From: Acidobacteriota bacterium
Lineage (GTDB): Bacteria; Acidobacteriota; Vicinamibacteria; Vicinamibacterales; 2-12-FULL-66-21
DNA length: 36,526 nucleotides
NCBI GenBank assembly: GCA_013694845.1
Contig: JACDBQ010000315.1
Span: 1 to 36,526, forward strand
Direction of reading: 5' to 3'
The notes beneath the pieces were generated by a model. It did not search any database. It had not been told where the DNA came from and was given only the letters and a program-made list of their open reading frames with translations. This document shows positions 9,897 through 19,333 of the stretch, piece by piece (the first letter of the stretch is position 1; every line of letters starts with the position of its first letter). Made by a program: the position numbers and the translations under genes.

Positions 9897-11611
9897 AGAC
9901 CCTCCTCTGGCATCACCTGCCGTGTGACGACGAGCAGTCCGCCGCGCTTGCGGCAGCCCTCGACGTGCATCCCACGATTGCCCGGTTGCTGTGCATGCGC
10001 GGTTTCGGCGACGCTGAGGCGGCGTCCCGGTTTCTCCATCCAACCCTCGATCATCTGAACGATCCGTTCAAGCTCGCCGACATGGACAAGGCGATTCCGC
10101 GCCTGGAGCGCGCGATCGCCCTCAAGGAAAAGATCGCCATCCACGGGGATTACGACGTGGACGGCATCACCTCCACGGTGATCCTGCGGCGCGCGCTGGA
10201 GATGCTCGGCGGGGAGGTGATCCACTTCCTCCCCGAACGGATGCGGGATGGGTACGGACTGCAGCCCGCCGCCATCGAACGGCTGCACGCCCAGGGCGTA
10301 CGGCTGATCGTGTCGGTCGACTGCGGAATCCGGGCCGGGGAAGCGGCCCAGCGGGCCCGGGATCTCGGCGTCGATCTGATCATCACCGACCATCACGAAC
10401 CTGAAGGCACGCTGCCGTCGGCCCTGGCGGTGATCAACCCCAAACGCGCGGACTGCACATATCCGGACAAGTACCTGGCCGGCGTGGGCGTCGCGCTGAA
10501 GGTCGTCCAGGCGCTGTGCGACCGCGCGGGCAAAGGGAAGTGGCTCCCGGCATTCGTCAAGATCGCGGCGATCGGAACGCTCGCGGACGTCGTTCCGCTG
10601 GTGGGTGAGAACCGCGTCATCGCGAGCCACGGTCTAAGCTCGCTCTCGAGGGGACCGCACGCGGTGGGCCTGCGCGCGTTGCTCGATGCCTGCGGGCTCA
10701 CGGGCAAGACGATCGACAGCTACCATGTGGGCTTCTTGATTGCGCCACGGGTGAATGCGGCCGGCCGCATGAGCACGCCGGACATCGCCGCCCGGCTCCT
10801 GCTGGCGACCGACGAAGCGCTGGGGGACGAGGCACGCGCCCTAGCGCAGCAGCTCTGCGACGAAAACCTGAAGCGCCAGACCGAGGAGGCCGAGCTCGTC
10901 GCGCATGCGAAAAAGGCGATCGAAACGGATCCTGCCGTCGGCGCCCATAACGTACTGGTCGTGGGCGGCCTCGGGTGGCATCGCGGCGTCATCGGGATCG
11001 CCGCGTCGAAGCTGGTGGACTCGTACCACAAGCCGTCCATCGTGCTCTCGATCGACGGCGACATCGCGCACGGATCCTGTCGCAGCATCCCGGATTTCGA
11101 CCTGCTCGCCGCCCTCGAGCACTGCGCGGACCTGTTCGTGAAATTCGGCGGCCACAAGCAGGCCGCAGGCCTCACGATGGAGGCCGCACGCGTCCCGGAG
11201 TTCCGGGCGCGCGTGAATGCGTATGCGAACCAGGTGATCGAACCGGACCAGCTGCGCCCGCGCCTGCGGATCGACGCCCAGCTCTCGCTCAAGGCGATCA
11301 CCCACGACCTGGTGCGGGGCCTCGATCTGCTCGGTCCGTTCGGGCTCTCCAACCCGCGACCGGTGTTTCACGCCTCGGGGGTCGAGATCGTCGACGGTCC
11401 GCGCACGATCAAGGAACGCCACCTCAAGATGACCTTCGCGCAGGATGGCCGCCGGTTCCGGGCGATCGCGTGGCGCGCCGCCGAGCGCGCCGGATTTCTC
11501 GAGCAGAACCGCGCGGGCGTCAACCTGGCCTTCTCCCTGGACAAGAACGAATACAAGGGGGAGACCTACCTCGAACTGTCAGTGGCCGATTTCAAAGGCC
11601 TGCAGGACTGA
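9893..11611 (+). CDS. recJ: single-stranded-DNA-specific exonuclease RecJ
   Basis: 572 aa from ATG 9893, which overlaps the accA stop as ATGA. DHH-family motifs are present: IHGDYDVDGITS, VSVDCG, ITDHHEP, GGHKQAAG. Confidence 0.93.
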   Translation: MKTLLWHHLPCDDEQSAALAAALDVHPTIARLLCMRGFGDAEAASRFLHPTLDHLNDPFKLADMDKAIPRLERAIALKEKIAIHGDYDVDGITSTVILRRALEMLGGEVIHFLPERMRDGYGLQPAAIERLHAQGVRLIVSVDCGIRAGEAAQRARDLGVDLIITDHHEPEGTLPSALAVINPKRADCTYPDKYLAGVGVALKVVQALCDRAGKGKWLPAFVKIAAIGTLADVVPLVGENRVIASHGLSSLSRGPHAVGLRALLDACGLTGKTIDSYHVGFLIAPRVNAAGRMSTPDIAARLLLATDEALGDEARALAQQLCDENLKRQTEEAELVAHAKKAIETDPAVGAHNVLVVGGLGWHRGVIGIAASKLVDSYHKPSIVLSIDGDIAHGSCRSIPDFDLLAALEHCADLFVKFGGHKQAAGLTMEAARVPEFRARVNAYANQVIEPDQLRPRLRIDAQLSLKAITHDLVRGLDLLGPFGLSNPRPVFHASGVEIVDGPRTIKERHLKMTFAQDGRRFRAIAWRAAERAGFLEQNRAGVNLAFSLDKNEYKGETYLELSVADFKGLQD

Positions 11612-13776
11612 TGCGTTGGCAGCGCCCCGCGCGGGTCGCGATCGCGATCATCGTGATCGGCTTCATCGCGCTCCTGGTGACATCCCTGCGACGGCAGCAG
11701 CCGACCATCCGGCAGGCACCGCCGCAGGCCGTTCCCGGCGCCACTCTCGTGAATCCTGGCGGCGGCAGGCACGAAGTCATCGACCCATCCGGTAAACAGC
11801 GCTGGGCTGCGGCGTTCGGCACCCAGGTCGTGATGGCCGACGGTCGCCAGCGGCTCGCAGGTGACGTTGAAATCACCATCAACCGCGCGAACGGTCCGTT
11901 AACGGTCAAGGCTCGTGAGGCAGACATCATCCCCGGCGAAGACGGCGGCCTCAAGGAAGCCGTCTTCCGGAGGGACGTGCGCTTGACCGACGCCGGCGGG
12001 CTCGATGTGACGGCCGCTGAAGCGACCTACACCCAGGCCGACGGCATCGTGAAGATTCCCGGGCGCGTCGACTTCTCGAAGGGACGGATGAAGGGTTCGG
12101 GCGACGACGCGACCTACGACCAGAACCGCGAAGTCTTCTGGATCCAGAGGAACGCGCGGGTCATCGTCGCTCCCGGCCAGAACGGCGACGGCGGGCTGGA
12201 CGCGGCCGCCCGCGCGATCGGTATGGCGAGAACAGAGCACTACATCCAGCTGCAGAGCGAGGCGAGGATCATGGGGGAGGGACGCGTCGCGCAGGCCAAT
12301 GAGATCACCGTCCGCCTGACCGAGGACGATGAGCGGGTCCGGATGCTCGAATTGCGCGGGAACAGCCGGATGACCGGCGGAGCCGGCGGGCCGCAATCGA
12401 TGTCGGCCCGCGACATCGACATGGCCTACGGCGAGGACGGCCGGACGCTGCAGCACGCCAAGCTCGTCGAGAACGCGGTCGTACAGCTGGCCGGGGCGGG
12501 CGCAGGCAAGCGGATCGCCGGCAACACCATCGACATCGGGCTGGGGCCGGACGGCACGACGATCTCCAGCCTGTCGGCCAACGACCGTGTCCAGGTAGAC
12601 CTGCCGCCCGAGGGTGACGGGCCGTCGAAGACGATCCGCGCAGCCACGCTGTCAGCGGCGGGCGCTGGAGGAGCCGGGCTGCAGACCGCCACCTTTGGCG
12701 GCGGAGTCGACTACCGGGAAACACGTGCGGCCCGGCGCAACGCGGCCGCACTCGACCGCACGGCGAGATCACAGACCCTGATCATCGACACGCAGCCGGG
12801 GCTTGGAGCGATCCAGCGGGCGGACTTCCGCGGCAACGTGAAGTTCACCGACGCCCCGGATTTCGTCGCCGACGCCCAGCAGGGAATCTATCACCTGGCC
12901 GAGGACCGCCTGGACCTGATGTTGGCCGCGGGACAGCCGGGCCCGGCACCCAGTGTGACGGACGGCAAGGTGTCGGTCGCCGCGCGCACCATCCAGTTCT
13001 CGTTGACGACGCGGGAGATGACGGCGGAAACCGGGGTGCGCAGTACGATCCAGCCTCAGAAGGGACGTCGTGCAGCCGCCGACACCAAGGGCAAGACCCC
13101 CTCGATGCTGAATGACACCGAGCCCGTGAACGTCACGTCAAATCGGCTCGCCTACAAGGGTGTGGCGTCTGCCGCCGTCTACACCGGCAATGTCGTCCTC
13201 TGGCAGGGAGCGGATACGACGATCAAGGCCACGACCATCACCATCGACGACAAGACGGGGAACCTCACCGCGGCTGGGGACGCCACCACCACCTTTCTCT
13301 TCGAGGAGACCGATGCGAAAACCGGTGCTCGCAGGCGCCAGCTGACCAACGGCAACGCCGATTCGTTCAGGTACGATGACGCCAAACGGCTGGCCATTTA
13401 TGACGGCAAGGCGCGCATCAAGGGGCTGCAGGGCGACGTGACCGGTGACAAGATCGAACTGTTCCTCAAGACCGGGGCGAACGAGCTCGAACGCGTCGAG
13501 GCGTATGGCGCCAACGGTAACGTTCAGGTACGCGAGGGCAAGCGGCTTGCGAAGGGCGCGCATCTGACCTACACGGCCGTCGACGACCGCTACCTGATGG
13601 TCGGCACACCCGTCGAAGTGATCGAAGAGAAGAACGGCACCTGCACGCTGACCGAGGGAGCAACCGTGACGTTCGATCGGACAACCGAGAATGCCGGCGT
13701 TCAGGGATCGGCCGCCGGGAACATCCCGATGCGCGCGGAGACGCTGAAGGCGTGCCCGGCGGGCCTGGGCCGCTGA
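11611..13776 (+). CDS. membrane-anchored LptC/LptA (OstA) family LPS-transport protein with several OstA-like repeats
   Basis: 721 aa from ATG 11611 (TGATG overlap with recJ). It has an N-terminal TM anchor ([18 protein letters not shown]) and repeated LptC/LptA-like beta-strand modules (e.g. [11 protein letters not shown]..., [65 protein letters not shown]). It sits immediately upstream of lptB-rpoN, where lptC and lptA lie in Proteobacteria. Confidence 0.75.
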   Translation: MRWQRPARVAIAIIVIGFIALLVTSLRRQQPTIRQAPPQAVPGATLVNPGGGRHEVIDPSGKQRWAAAFGTQVVMADGRQRLAGDVEITINRANGPLTVKAREADIIPGEDGGLKEAVFRRDVRLTDAGGLDVTAAEATYTQADGIVKIPGRVDFSKGRMKGSGDDATYDQNREVFWIQRNARVIVAPGQNGDGGLDAAARAIGMARTEHYIQLQSEARIMGEGRVAQANEITVRLTEDDERVRMLELRGNSRMTGGAGGPQSMSARDIDMAYGEDGRTLQHAKLVENAVVQLAGAGAGKRIAGNTIDIGLGPDGTTISSLSANDRVQVDLPPEGDGPSKTIRAATLSAAGAGGAGLQTATFGGGVDYRETRAARRNAAALDRTARSQTLIIDTQPGLGAIQRADFRGNVKFTDAPDFVADAQQGIYHLAEDRLDLMLAAGQPGPAPSVTDGKVSVAARTIQFSLTTREMTAETGVRSTIQPQKGRRAAADTKGKTPSMLNDTEPVNVTSNRLAYKGVASAAVYTGNVVLWQGADTTIKATTITIDDKTGNLTAAGDATTTFLFEETDAKTGARRRQLTNGNADSFRYDDAKRLAIYDGKARIKGLQGDVTGDKIELFLKTGANELERVEAYGANGNVQVREGKRLAKGAHLTYTAVDDRYLMVGTPVEVIEEKNGTCTLTEGATVTFDRTTENAGVQGSAAGNIPMRAETLKACPAGLGR

Positions 13777-14501
13777 TGCCGACGCTGCACGCGACCGATC
13801 TCACCAAGTCATTCAGCGGTCGCACCGTCGTCCGCGGCGTGAACCTCAACGTCTCGTCGGGAGAAGTGGTCGGTCTGCTCGGCCCGAACGGGGCCGGTAA
13901 GACCACCACCTTCTCGATGGTCGTGGGCCTCGTGGGCCCGGACTCCGGCCGGGTGCTGCTCGATGGAGAGGACGTGACTGACGCGCCGATGTACGTCCGC
14001 GCCCGGAAGGGGATCGGCTACCTTCCCCAGGAGGCCTCCATCTTCCGCGGTCTGACCGTCGAGCAGAACATCGCGGCCATTCTGGAAACGATCGACCTCG
14101 ACGCGGCGGGCCGCGGGGCGCGCCTCCGGGAACTGCTCGCGGAGCTCGACTTGACGCGGCTCGCGAAGTCACCAGCCTATACGCTCTCGGGAGGGGAGCG
14201 CCGTCGGGTCGAGATCACGCGCGCGCTGGTCATCTCCCCGAAGTTCATGCTGCTGGATGAGCCATTCGCGGGGATCGATCCGATCGCCGTGTCCGACATC
14301 CAGAAGATCATCTTCCATTTGAAATCCCGGGGCATCGGGGTGCTGATCACGGACCACAATGTCCGCGAAACGCTCCGGATCACCGACCGCGCCTACATCG
14401 TCCACGACGGCGTGATCTTCAAGAGTGGAACCCCGCAAAGCCTTGCGGATGATGAGGAAGTGAAGAGGATTTACCTCGGCGCTGACTTCCGATTGGACTA
14501 A
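13776..14501 (+). CDS. lptB: LPS export ABC transporter ATP-binding protein LptB
   Basis: 241 aa from ATG 13776 (TGATG overlap). It looks collinear with my recollection of E. coli LptB: [59 protein letters not shown]. Confidence 0.95.
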   Translation: MPTLHATDLTKSFSGRTVVRGVNLNVSSGEVVGLLGPNGAGKTTTFSMVVGLVGPDSGRVLLDGEDVTDAPMYVRARKGIGYLPQEASIFRGLTVEQNIAAILETIDLDAAGRGARLRELLAELDLTRLAKSPAYTLSGGERRRVEITRALVISPKFMLLDEPFAGIDPIAVSDIQKIIFHLKSRGIGVLITDHNVRETLRITDRAYIVHDGVIFKSGTPQSLADDEEVKRIYLGADFRLD

Positions 14502-14534
14502 GATTCTTGAAAGGACGGAAGGTCGGACCGGACC

Positions 14535-15962
14535 ATGGCGATCGCGCAGAAGCTCCATACCAAACTCGTTCAAAAGCTCATCCTCACGCCGTCGCTCCAG
14601 CAGGCCATCAAACTGCTGCCGATGTCGACGCTGGAGCTTGCCGATCTCCTGAACCAGGAAATGGTCGAGAATCCGCTTCTCGAAGAAGTCCCGACCGAGG
14701 AGCTTCAACCCGCCGAACAGCAGCAGCCCGAAAAGGCCGCCGAACAGCCCGCCACCGAAAAGACGGACGCGTGGGATGACGCGGACTACGAATACTTCTT
14801 CGGGGACTACCTGGACGACGGCTACCGGCCACGGACGCCCCAGGAGGTCAAGGAACTGCCGCCGATCGAGAACACCCTCTCGAGTGCCGGCTCGCTGTCA
14901 GACCACTTGATATGGCAGCTCTCGTTGCAGACGAGCGACGAGAAGCTCAAGGAGATCGGCGGCGCCATCATCGGCAACCTCGATGACGACGGCTACCTGG
15001 TCGCGTCGGTGGAAGAGATCGCCGCCATGGCCGATTGGCCGGTCGGCGAAGTCGAGAAGGCCCTCCAGCACATTCAGACCTTCGATCCGATCGGCGTGGC
15101 CGCACGCGATCTGCAGGAGTGCCTCTGGCTCCAGATCAGGCACCTCGGTCTCGAAGGTACCAATACTGAGAAAATCGTCACCGAACACCTGAGGCTGTTG
15201 CAGAACCACCAGGTGCCCGAGATCGCGCGCAAGCTCGGCGTGCAGATCGAGGATCTCCGGGAACACGTCGAGATCATCCGCAACCTCGATCCGAAGCCCG
15301 GCAGCCGGTTCAACCCCTCCCAGTCGCAGTACGTGATCCCCGACGTGTACGTGGTGAAGGTCGAAGATCAGTACGTCGCGATGCTCAACGAAGAGGGGTT
15401 GCCGCAGCTGCGGATCAGCCCGTACTACCGGCGCCTGCTCGACAAAGGGACGACCGAGAACAGCGACGAGACGCGCGCCTACGTCAAGGACAAGTTCCGG
15501 TCCGCACTCTGGCTGATCAAGTCAGTGGACCAGAGGCAGAAGACGATCCACAAGGTCGCGACGAGCATCATCAATTTTCAGCGCGAGTTCCTGGATCTGG
15601 GCATCGAACATCTCCGCCCCCTGGTGTTGAGAGACGTGGCCAACGATATCGGCATGCACGAGTCCACCGTCAGTCGGGTCGTCAACAACAAGTACATGCA
15701 CACTCCGCAGGGTGTGTTCGAGTTGAAGTTCTTCTTCCATAGCGGGATCAGCAGCTCGTATGGCGACAGCGTGTCGTCGGTCACGATCAAGCAGCGGATC
15801 AGGAAGATCATCGAGAACGAGGACCCTCGGAAGCCGCTCAGCGACTCGAAGATCGTCAGCATCCTGCAGAAGGAAGGGCTGATGCTCGCCCGCCGCACCA
15901 TCGCAAAATACCGCGAAGAGCTGAAGATCCCGACGTCGAACCAGCGGAAGGTGCTCTTTTAA
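14535..15962 (+). CDS. rpoN: RNA polymerase sigma-54 factor
   Basis: 475 aa. Region I is present (LTPSLQQAIKLLPMSTLEL), followed by an acidic linker, the core-binding region, the HTH and the RpoN box ARRTIAKYR. Confidence 0.95.
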   Translation: MAIAQKLHTKLVQKLILTPSLQQAIKLLPMSTLELADLLNQEMVENPLLEEVPTEELQPAEQQQPEKAAEQPATEKTDAWDDADYEYFFGDYLDDGYRPRTPQEVKELPPIENTLSSAGSLSDHLIWQLSLQTSDEKLKEIGGAIIGNLDDDGYLVASVEEIAAMADWPVGEVEKALQHIQTFDPIGVAARDLQECLWLQIRHLGLEGTNTEKIVTEHLRLLQNHQVPEIARKLGVQIEDLREHVEIIRNLDPKPGSRFNPSQSQYVIPDVYVVKVEDQYVAMLNEEGLPQLRISPYYRRLLDKGTTENSDETRAYVKDKFRSALWLIKSVDQRQKTIHKVATSIINFQREFLDLGIEHLRPLVLRDVANDIGMHESTVSRVVNNKYMHTPQGVFELKFFFHSGISSSYGDSVSSVTIKQRIRKIIENEDPRKPLSDSKIVSILQKEGLMLARRTIAKYREELKIPTSNQRKVLF

Positions 15963-16070
15963 GCTATCAGCTGCCAGCTATCAGCTTTCAGCTCGGAGCC
16001 AACGGACTTGCTAAGGCCGCGAACTGAGAGCGTCAAGCTGAAGGCTGGGAGCTGAGAGCTGAGAGCTCAA
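15962..16070. repeat. inverted arrays of 7-nt tandem repeats (AGCTNNC x5 / AGCTGAG-like x5)
   Basis: 15962-15996 reads AGCTATC|AGCTGCC|AGCTATC|AGCTTTC|AGCTCGG and 16036-16070 reads AGCTGAA|GGCTGGG|AGCTGAG|AGCTGAG|AGCTCAA. Segment 15962-15993 is complementary to 16036-16067 at 26/32 positions. Confidence 0.85.
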
Positions 16071-16075
16071 GGAAC

Positions 16076-16618
16076 ATGCGTCTAGACATCACGGGCCGCC
16101 ACGTCACGGTGACGGCACCCCTCCGGGACCTGATCACCAAGCGACTCGGCACGCTCGAACGTGTGCTCAACGACGCGGCGATCTCCGCCCTGGTGACCGT
16201 CACCAAGGAGAAGTACCGCCACAAGGTGGAGATCGCCATTCACACCCGCGGCGACCACATGCTCAGCGGAACCGCCGAAGCGACCAGCTGGCACCTTGCC
16301 GTTCCCCAGGCCGTGCTGAAGATCGAGCAACAGGCCAAGAAGCTCAAAGGCAAGTGGGGTGCGCGCCGGCGGCAGGCGGCGAAGGTCGTTCGGGATAGAA
16401 AGGTCGCGCCGGCAGCCGATGAGACCCTCCCGACCCCCGACGGTCCGCGCATCGTCCGGGCCACGCGGTATGCGGTCAAGCCCATGTCGATCGAAGACGC
16501 GGCGATCAGGATGGATCAGGCCAACGACGACTTCCTCGTGTTTCGGGATTCCGACGACGACGCCGTGGCCATCCTGTACCGTCGCAAAGACGGCAATCTC
16601 GGGCTGATACAGCCATAG
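16076..16618 (+). CDS. hpf: ribosome hibernation promoting factor, long form
   Basis: 180 aa. The N-terminal sigma-54-modulation/YfiA fold (MRLDITGRHVTVT...) is joined to a C-terminal dimerisation domain (IVRATRYAVKPMSIEDAAIRMDQANDDFLVFRD). The gene sits directly after rpoN. Confidence 0.92.
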   Translation: MRLDITGRHVTVTAPLRDLITKRLGTLERVLNDAAISALVTVTKEKYRHKVEIAIHTRGDHMLSGTAEATSWHLAVPQAVLKIEQQAKKLKGKWGARRRQAAKVVRDRKVAPAADETLPTPDGPRIVRATRYAVKPMSIEDAAIRMDQANDDFLVFRDSDDDAVAILYRRKDGNLGLIQP

Positions 16619-16628
16619 AATAAGGGCC

Positions 16629-16664
16629 GGGGACAGGCACCCCTTCTTAAAGGTGCCTGTCCCC
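16629..16664 (+). terminator. perfect 13-bp stem hairpin between hpf and hprK (terminator/attenuator-like, no U-tract)
   Basis: GGGGACAGGCACC (16629-16641) pairs with GGTGCCTGTCCCC (16652-16664) across a 10-nt loop. The sequence that follows is GCACCATATG, not a T-run. Confidence 0.4.
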
Positions 16665-16671
16665 GCACCAT

Positions 16672-17649
16672 ATGAGTGTCACCGTCGCAACCTTGTTGCG
16701 CGACCTTGCGGACTCGCGCGCGCTCCCGATGGAGCTGCTGGCCGGACGAGCGGGGCTCGAGCGGCAGATCACGATCTCCCAGCCCCAGAAGACCGGCTTG
16801 GCACTCTCTGGATTCGACGCCTACCTGCACGGCGGACGCGTGCTCGTCTTCGGGGAAAGCGAAGTCCGCTACGTCGAGTCCCTCGGCCCGGCCGAACGGA
16901 CGGGCGCCCTCGATCGCGTGTTCGGGCACGAGCTGCCGTGCGTGCTGATTACCGGGGGATTCACCCCGGTGCTCGAGACTATCCAGGCGGCCGACCGCCG
17001 CGCGGTCCCGTTGCTCGGCACAACCGCCTCGACACCGGAAGCCATGACGCGGCTGTCGGCGCTGCTCGACACCTACCTCGCGCCGCGCGGGATCGTTCAC
17101 GGAGTGCTGATGGACATCCTCGGGCTCGGGGTGCTGGTGGTGGGGGAGAGCGGCATCGGCAAGAGTGAGTGCGCGCTCGACCTCGTCGTTCGCGGGCACC
17201 GACTGGTGGCCGATGACGCCGTCGAGTTGCGGTGCCGGGCCCAGTCGTATGTTCTCGGGTCCTCCCCTGAGCTCACGCGCCATCACATGGAGATCCGCGG
17301 CCTCGGGCTGATCAACGTGCAGGATCTCTTCGGCGTGGCCTCGACCCGCACCTCGAAGCGCGTCGAGCTGGTCGTGCAACTCGAGCGGTGGGAGCCGGGG
17401 CGCGAGTACGATCGGCTCGGAATCGACGACGCGTTCTACGAGACGCTGGGGATTCGTATACCGATGGTGAGGATGCCGGTCGGCCCCGGCCGTAACGTCG
17501 CGATCCTCGTGGAGGTGGCGGCCCGGAACCAGCTGCTGCGAAGCCGCGGTCATCATGCCGCGCGGCGCCTGGTCGAACGACTCAATCGGCAACTCGAACC
17601 TGGAGCCAGGCCGATCGAGATGGACGTGGATCAGGGAGACGACTTCTGA
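16672..17649 (+). CDS. hprK: HPr kinase/phosphorylase
   Basis: 325 aa with the P-loop GESGIGKSECALDL, then HRLVADD and EIRGLGLINV. Confidence 0.93.
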   Translation: MSVTVATLLRDLADSRALPMELLAGRAGLERQITISQPQKTGLALSGFDAYLHGGRVLVFGESEVRYVESLGPAERTGALDRVFGHELPCVLITGGFTPVLETIQAADRRAVPLLGTTASTPEAMTRLSALLDTYLAPRGIVHGVLMDILGLGVLVVGESGIGKSECALDLVVRGHRLVADDAVELRCRAQSYVLGSSPELTRHHMEIRGLGLINVQDLFGVASTRTSKRVELVVQLERWEPGREYDRLGIDDAFYETLGIRIPMVRMPVGPGRNVAILVEVAARNQLLRSRGHHAARRLVERLNRQLEPGARPIEMDVDQGDDF

Positions 17650-18563
17650 TGCGCGAAAAGCGTCATACCGCCCGGCGCGCCGCACGCACGGCGGTGACAT
17701 CGAGATTCGTCGTGCTGACAGGGCTTGCCGGCTCCGGCAAGTCGCAGGCGATCAAGGCGCTCGAGGACCTGGGCTACTTCTGCGTCGACAACCTTCCGAT
17801 CGAGCTGCTGCCGATGCTGGCGGACCTCACGCTGCGCGCTGGAACCGAGATCTCGCGTGCGGCAGTGGTCGTCGATATCCGGGAAGGAAAGATGCTGGAG
17901 GAGTTTCCGCGCGCTTACAAGCGGCTCCGCCTGCGCACGCAGCTCAATGCGGTGCTGATCTTCATGGAGGCCGAGGTCCCCACGCTCGTGCGGCGCTTCA
18001 GCGAGACACGCCGTCCCCATCCGCTGGCACCCGATCGCTCCGCGATCGAAGGGATCCGCGAAGAAAAGAAAGCGCTGCAGAAGGTCCGGCGGATGGCGGA
18101 CCACATCGTGGACACGTCGGAAATGACGGTCCACGAGTTGCGGCAGGCCTTCACCAGCGTGGCGGCAGGCCGCGCACCGGGCGGACAACTGGTCGTCACG
18201 GTCCTCAGTTTCGGGTTCAAACACGGGATCCCGGTCGACTCCGACCTCCTGTTCGACGTCAGGTTCCTTCCCAATCCGCATTTCGTGCCGGAGCTCCGCC
18301 CGCACACGGGCCGGGAGCCGGACGTCGTGAAGTACATCAACAAATCGAAAGCCACGCACGAGTTCCTCACGCACACCCTGAATCTTCTGCAGTTCCTGGT
18401 GCCGCAATACGTGCACGAAGGCAAGACCTACCTGACGATCGGGATCGGTTGCACCGGAGGCCGCCACCGGTCCGTGGCGATCGCGGAGGCCCTCAAACGA
18501 GGTCTGTCGGGGATCCAGGGCGTACGGGTGCGCGTGCGGCACAGAGACATCGCGCATGAGTAG
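17649..18563 (+). CDS. rapZ: RNase adapter protein RapZ (YhbJ family P-loop NTPase)
   Basis: 304 aa with a TGATG overlap with hprK. Motifs present: LTGLAGSGKS, FCVDNLP, SFGFKHGIPVDSDLLFDVRFLPNPHF, IGCTGGRHRSVAIAE. Confidence 0.92.
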   Translation: MREKRHTARRAARTAVTSRFVVLTGLAGSGKSQAIKALEDLGYFCVDNLPIELLPMLADLTLRAGTEISRAAVVVDIREGKMLEEFPRAYKRLRLRTQLNAVLIFMEAEVPTLVRRFSETRRPHPLAPDRSAIEGIREEKKALQKVRRMADHIVDTSEMTVHELRQAFTSVAAGRAPGGQLVVTVLSFGFKHGIPVDSDLLFDVRFLPNPHFVPELRPHTGREPDVVKYINKSKATHEFLTHTLNLLQFLVPQYVHEGKTYLTIGIGCTGGRHRSVAIAEALKRGLSGIQGVRVRVRHRDIAHE

Positions 18564-18571
18564 GTCTTACC

Positions 18572-18614
18572 GGGGTGCGGGGTGCGGGGTGCGGAAGTGC
18601 GGCATGAGGGGCGG
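18572..18614 (+). repeat. G-rich 7-nt tandem repeat (GGGGTGC x3 plus degenerate units)
   Basis: GGGGTGC occurs at 18572, 18579 and 18586, followed by GGAAGTGC, GGCATGA and GGGGCGG. The array is flanked by GTCTTA (18564-18569) and TAAGAC (18618-18623). Confidence 0.85.
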
Positions 18615-18623
18615 CTCTAAGAC

Positions 18624-19058
18624 ATGCAACTAGGTGTCGTCGTCGTCACGCACGGGCAGCTGGCCACCGAACTGGTCAACTCCGCCGAGATGATCGTCGG
18701 GGACCTGCCGCATTTTACGGCCGTGTCGATCGGCTGGCACGATGACGTCGACCAGGCGCGCCAGGAAATTGGGCGGGCGATCGATCGCGTCGCGACGACG
18801 GCTGCCGGCGAGGGCCGGCGCGCGCCGGTGCTCGTACTGACCGACATGTTCGGCGGCACGCCCGCGAATCTGGGGGTCACCTTCGTGAGTGACGATGTCG
18901 AAGTCATCACGGGCGTGAACCTGCCGATGCTGATCAAACTGGCCAGGCCACAGAAGGCCGGCGATCTGCTGACCGTGGCGCGCGAGATGCGTGAGGACGG
19001 GCGGAATGCCATCTGGGTCGCCTCCGACCTGCTGCGCGGCGACAAGGGGGACAAGTGA
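18624..19058 (+). CDS. PTS EIIA component, mannose/fructose/sorbose family
   Basis: 144 aa. MQLGVVVVTHGQLATEL contains the conserved His of EIIA-Man, and LTDMFGGTP and GVNLPML are also present. No EIIB/C/D genes lie nearby. Confidence 0.85.
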   Translation: MQLGVVVVTHGQLATELVNSAEMIVGDLPHFTAVSIGWHDDVDQARQEIGRAIDRVATTAAGEGRRAPVLVLTDMFGGTPANLGVTFVSDDVEVITGVNLPMLIKLARPQKAGDLLTVAREMREDGRNAIWVASDLLRGDKGDK

Positions 19059-19333
19059 CGGCCTGCGCGGTGACCATCGTGAATCCCCTCGGTCTGCACG
19101 CCCGCGCCGCCGCGCGTTTCGTGCACATCGCCGGCGGGTTCGCCTCGGCCATCCGGGTCGGCCGGGGAGACCGTGAAATGGACGGCAAGAGCATCATGGG
19201 GCTCCTCCTGTTGTCGGCTTCGCAGGGAACGGCGATCACGATCTCGGCCGAAGGTGTCGACGAATCGGACGCCATGACGGCACTGTGCGCGCTCGTCGAG
19301 CGTGGATTCGACGAGGCCTCCCCATGCGTCTGA
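19055..19333 (+). CDS. ptsH: phosphocarrier protein HPr
   Basis: 92 aa from GTG 19055 (GTGA overlap). His15 sits in GLHARAA and Ser46 in GKSIMGLL, both at canonical positions when counted from the start. Confidence 0.9.
   Translation: MTACAVTIVNPLGLHARAAARFVHIAGGFASAIRVGRGDREMDGKSIMGLLLLSASQGTAITISAEGVDESDAMTALCALVERGFDEASPCV

Noticed and set aside
18572-18614. Canonical G-quadruplex in the GGGGTGC array.
   Set aside because: Only three closely spaced GGGG runs are present and the fourth is 15 nt away, so the standard G3+N1-7 x4 rule is not met. It is kept only as a weak possibility within the repeat finding.
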